Origin: an uncultured Lachnospiraceae bacterium
Lineage (GTDB): Bacteria; Bacillota; Clostridia; Christensenellales; UBA1242
Length of the DNA: 64,000 bases
Direction: 5' to 3'
NCBI GenBank assembly: GCA_964541815.1
Contig: CAZIRI010000001.1
Span: forward strand, 26,845 to 90,844
In this document: positions 62,569 through 64,000 of the stretch, one piece after another
Position numbering within the stretch: position 1 is the first letter of the stretch
How the letters are laid out: each line of letters opens with the position of its first letter
The notes under the pieces: generated by a model
Seen by the model: only the letters and a program-made list of their open reading frames with translations
Database searches by the model: none
What the model was told of the DNA's origin: nothing
Program-made: the position numbers and the translations under genes

Positions 62569-64000
62569 CTATTCAAGATGAGCAAAATCAAGTCCGTCAA
62601 CGGTGTATGCTTCAAGTTCAACTGATTGCTTTTTGGTCACAGTTGTTTCAACTCCCTCAACAGTTTCCGTCACTTCAACTTCTCTTTCGACTGTAAATTG
62701 CACCACATCTCCTGTCCTTAATGCCACATATAGGTCATCAATTTGGAACGCTCTTGTGATTTCATATGTGTTGACTATGGTTTTCTCTACCGTCTGCTCT
62801 CCGTCAAGTTCACTCGTCTTTCTTGTGACAACAACCGATTTCACAACATCTCCAACTTTCATTCCCATTTGATTTTCGACAGTTTGAGAATTTTCTCCAA
62901 CGGAGGAAACAATCACATCTTCAACAATATTGCCATATCCAGACACTTCGTCATACACATATCTTGAATTTTGAGATGAAAAGACTGCATAGCATGAAAA
63001 TTTCATAACACCTTCCGTTGCGGACTTCCCGTCATTTGCATAATAAACAATGTTTTCAACTGCATTTTTCACAACTTGCACTGGAACAGCATAGTTGATG
63101 CTGTCATATTGTGTTGCTCCTGCGTTGCAAAGCCCAATAAGTTCTCCTTTCGAGTTGAAAAGACCGCCACCTGAAATTCCGCTGTAAGTCTCCGCATCAA
63201 ATCTCAAACTTCTGTATGTTCTTTCCGTTCCGTCAATGTCAAGTTCTATATTTTGATTGTCAATGCTCACAATTCCAGATGAAACGCTCAAATCAAATGC
63301 AGCGGAATTTCCAATCGCATAGACTGTTTCGCCCACATAATAATCATCAGCAAATGTGACTGCGGAAATATTTTCATTCACTTTCTTTAAGTCAGCAGTT
63401 TTTGCTCTCAAAACTGCAACATCACATGAAACAGAGCCGTCAACATATTCAAGTTCAACAACATTTCCGCCATAAGTGTATTGTGTGTAGCCATTTTCAT
63501 CTTTTGTTTCTGATTTTGAAACATCATCTTCACATTCACTGCCATACAAATATCCATATATATGTCGAGCAAAGTTTGATGGCTTGTCTGTCAATGAATT
63601 TCTTGTTGCATCAGCACTTTTCAAATAAACGACATGATAGTTTGTGATGATATAAGTGTAATCATTGTCCATAATTGAATAAATCACCGCAGAACCTGTG
63701 TAAACAGATGTGTCATATGTTGTCGATGTCGTTTGACCAAACATGTTTATTGATGTCGTGCCAACAATAAACTCTGTGTATAATTTCATTGTTGATTGCA
63801 ACGCTTTGTTTATATTGTGAACAGAAGTATTGTTGTTGTTTAAGTAATTTTCTGAAAGATATTTCAAAAAGTCTTCATATGTTGCATTTGCATTGACATT
63901 TGTCCTATACCACTTATAGACATCATCAATCGTCAAACTTTTACCGTCCGTTCCATTCTTTCCATTTTGTCCATTTTCTCCGTCAACACCATTTGTGACT
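62569..64000 (-). CDS. HtrA-like trypsin-fold serine protease with a PDZ-like C-terminus; N-terminus extends beyond the window into collagen-like GXY repeats
   Basis: Triad contexts IITNYHVV (His), CDVAVLRAK (Asp) and SGISGGGLFNSKGELIGL (Ser). PDZ-like GMKVGDVVKSVVV. The track start at 63936 is only a TTG. The frame stays open to nt 64000, reading ...VTNGVDGENGQNGKNGTDGKS-LTIDD. Confidence 0.8.
   Translation of the reverse strand, partial: VTNGVDGENGQNGKNGTDGKSLTIDDVYKWYRTNVNANATYEDFLKYLSENYLNNNNTSVHNINKALQSTMKLYTEFIVGTTSINMFGQTTSTTYDTSVYTGSAVIYSIMDNDYTYIITNYHVVYLKSADATRNSLTDKPSNFARHIYGYLYGSECEDDVSKSETKDENGYTQYTYGGNVVELEYVDGSVSCDVAVLRAKTADLKKVNENISAVTFADDYYVGETVYAIGNSAAFDLSVSSGIVSIDNQNIELDIDGTERTYRSLRFDAETYSGISGGGLFNSKGELIGLCNAGATQYDSINYAVPVQVVKNAVENIVYYANDGKSATEGVMKFSCYAVFSSQNSRYVYDEVSGYGNIVEDVIVSSVGENSQTVENQMGMKVGDVVKSVVVTRKTSELDGEQTVEKTIVNTYEITRAFQIDDLYVALRTGDVVQFTVEREVEVTETVEGVETTVTKKQSVELEAYTVDGLDFAHLE

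Noticed and set aside
1-64000. CRISPR arrays, rRNA operons, IS elements or transposases, and toxin-antitoxin or known defence systems.
   Set aside because: I found no regularly spaced direct repeats, no rRNA-like sequence, no transposase or integrase motifs, and no recognisable defence-gene motifs on either strand. This is visual inspection only; a proper repeat finder or defence-system scanner should confirm it.

Overview
The window is visibly AT-rich, gene-dense chromosomal DNA from a low-GC, Firmicutes-like strict anaerobe. It uses the standard genetic code: TGA is a stop, including in the 4-nt ATGA/TTGA gene overlaps. Most genes are on the minus strand.

Recognisable housekeeping content:
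- Nucleotide metabolism: nrdD-nrdG-dut with tandem NrdR boxes, and ndk.
- DNA repair and competence: uvrC, addB-addA, comEC-holA, yqzL-recO.
- Translation: rpmE, a DUF1385-prmC fusion, prfA, rpsF-ssb-rpsR, an archaeal-type aspS, tRNA-Arg(ACG) and tRNA-Gly(CCC).
- Other: rubrerythrin, HU, lepB, queH, an ArsR regulator, maf, tcdA, a ZIP transporter and a GPH/MFS symporter.

I saw no integrase, transposase, CRISPR array, rRNA or recognisable defence genes.

The unusual content is envelope and nucleoid related. None of these has a function I can assign from sequence alone:
1. An 853-aa membrane-anchored coiled-coil protein with three canonical AT-hooks, directly downstream of addAB.
2. A minus-strand block (4.4-17.2 kb) with four tandem TPM-like two-TM paralogs, tRNA-Arg, a zinc-ribbon membrane protein and a 2823-aa beta-helix-type surface protein. 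The surface protein carries a Tyr-rich repeat and a C-terminal TM anchor.
3. A 955-aa polytopic protein with VirB6/TrbL-like architecture, plus a separate pilin-like two-TM protein.
4. A promoter-to-terminator candidate sRNA of about 250 nt.
5. A ComEC whose beta-lactamase domain looks degenerate, with an intact stand-alone ComEC-type MBL protein elsewhere in the window.
6. A collagen-less BclA-C-terminal-domain protein, and an HtrA-like protease whose ORF continues past the window edge into collagen-like GXY triplets.
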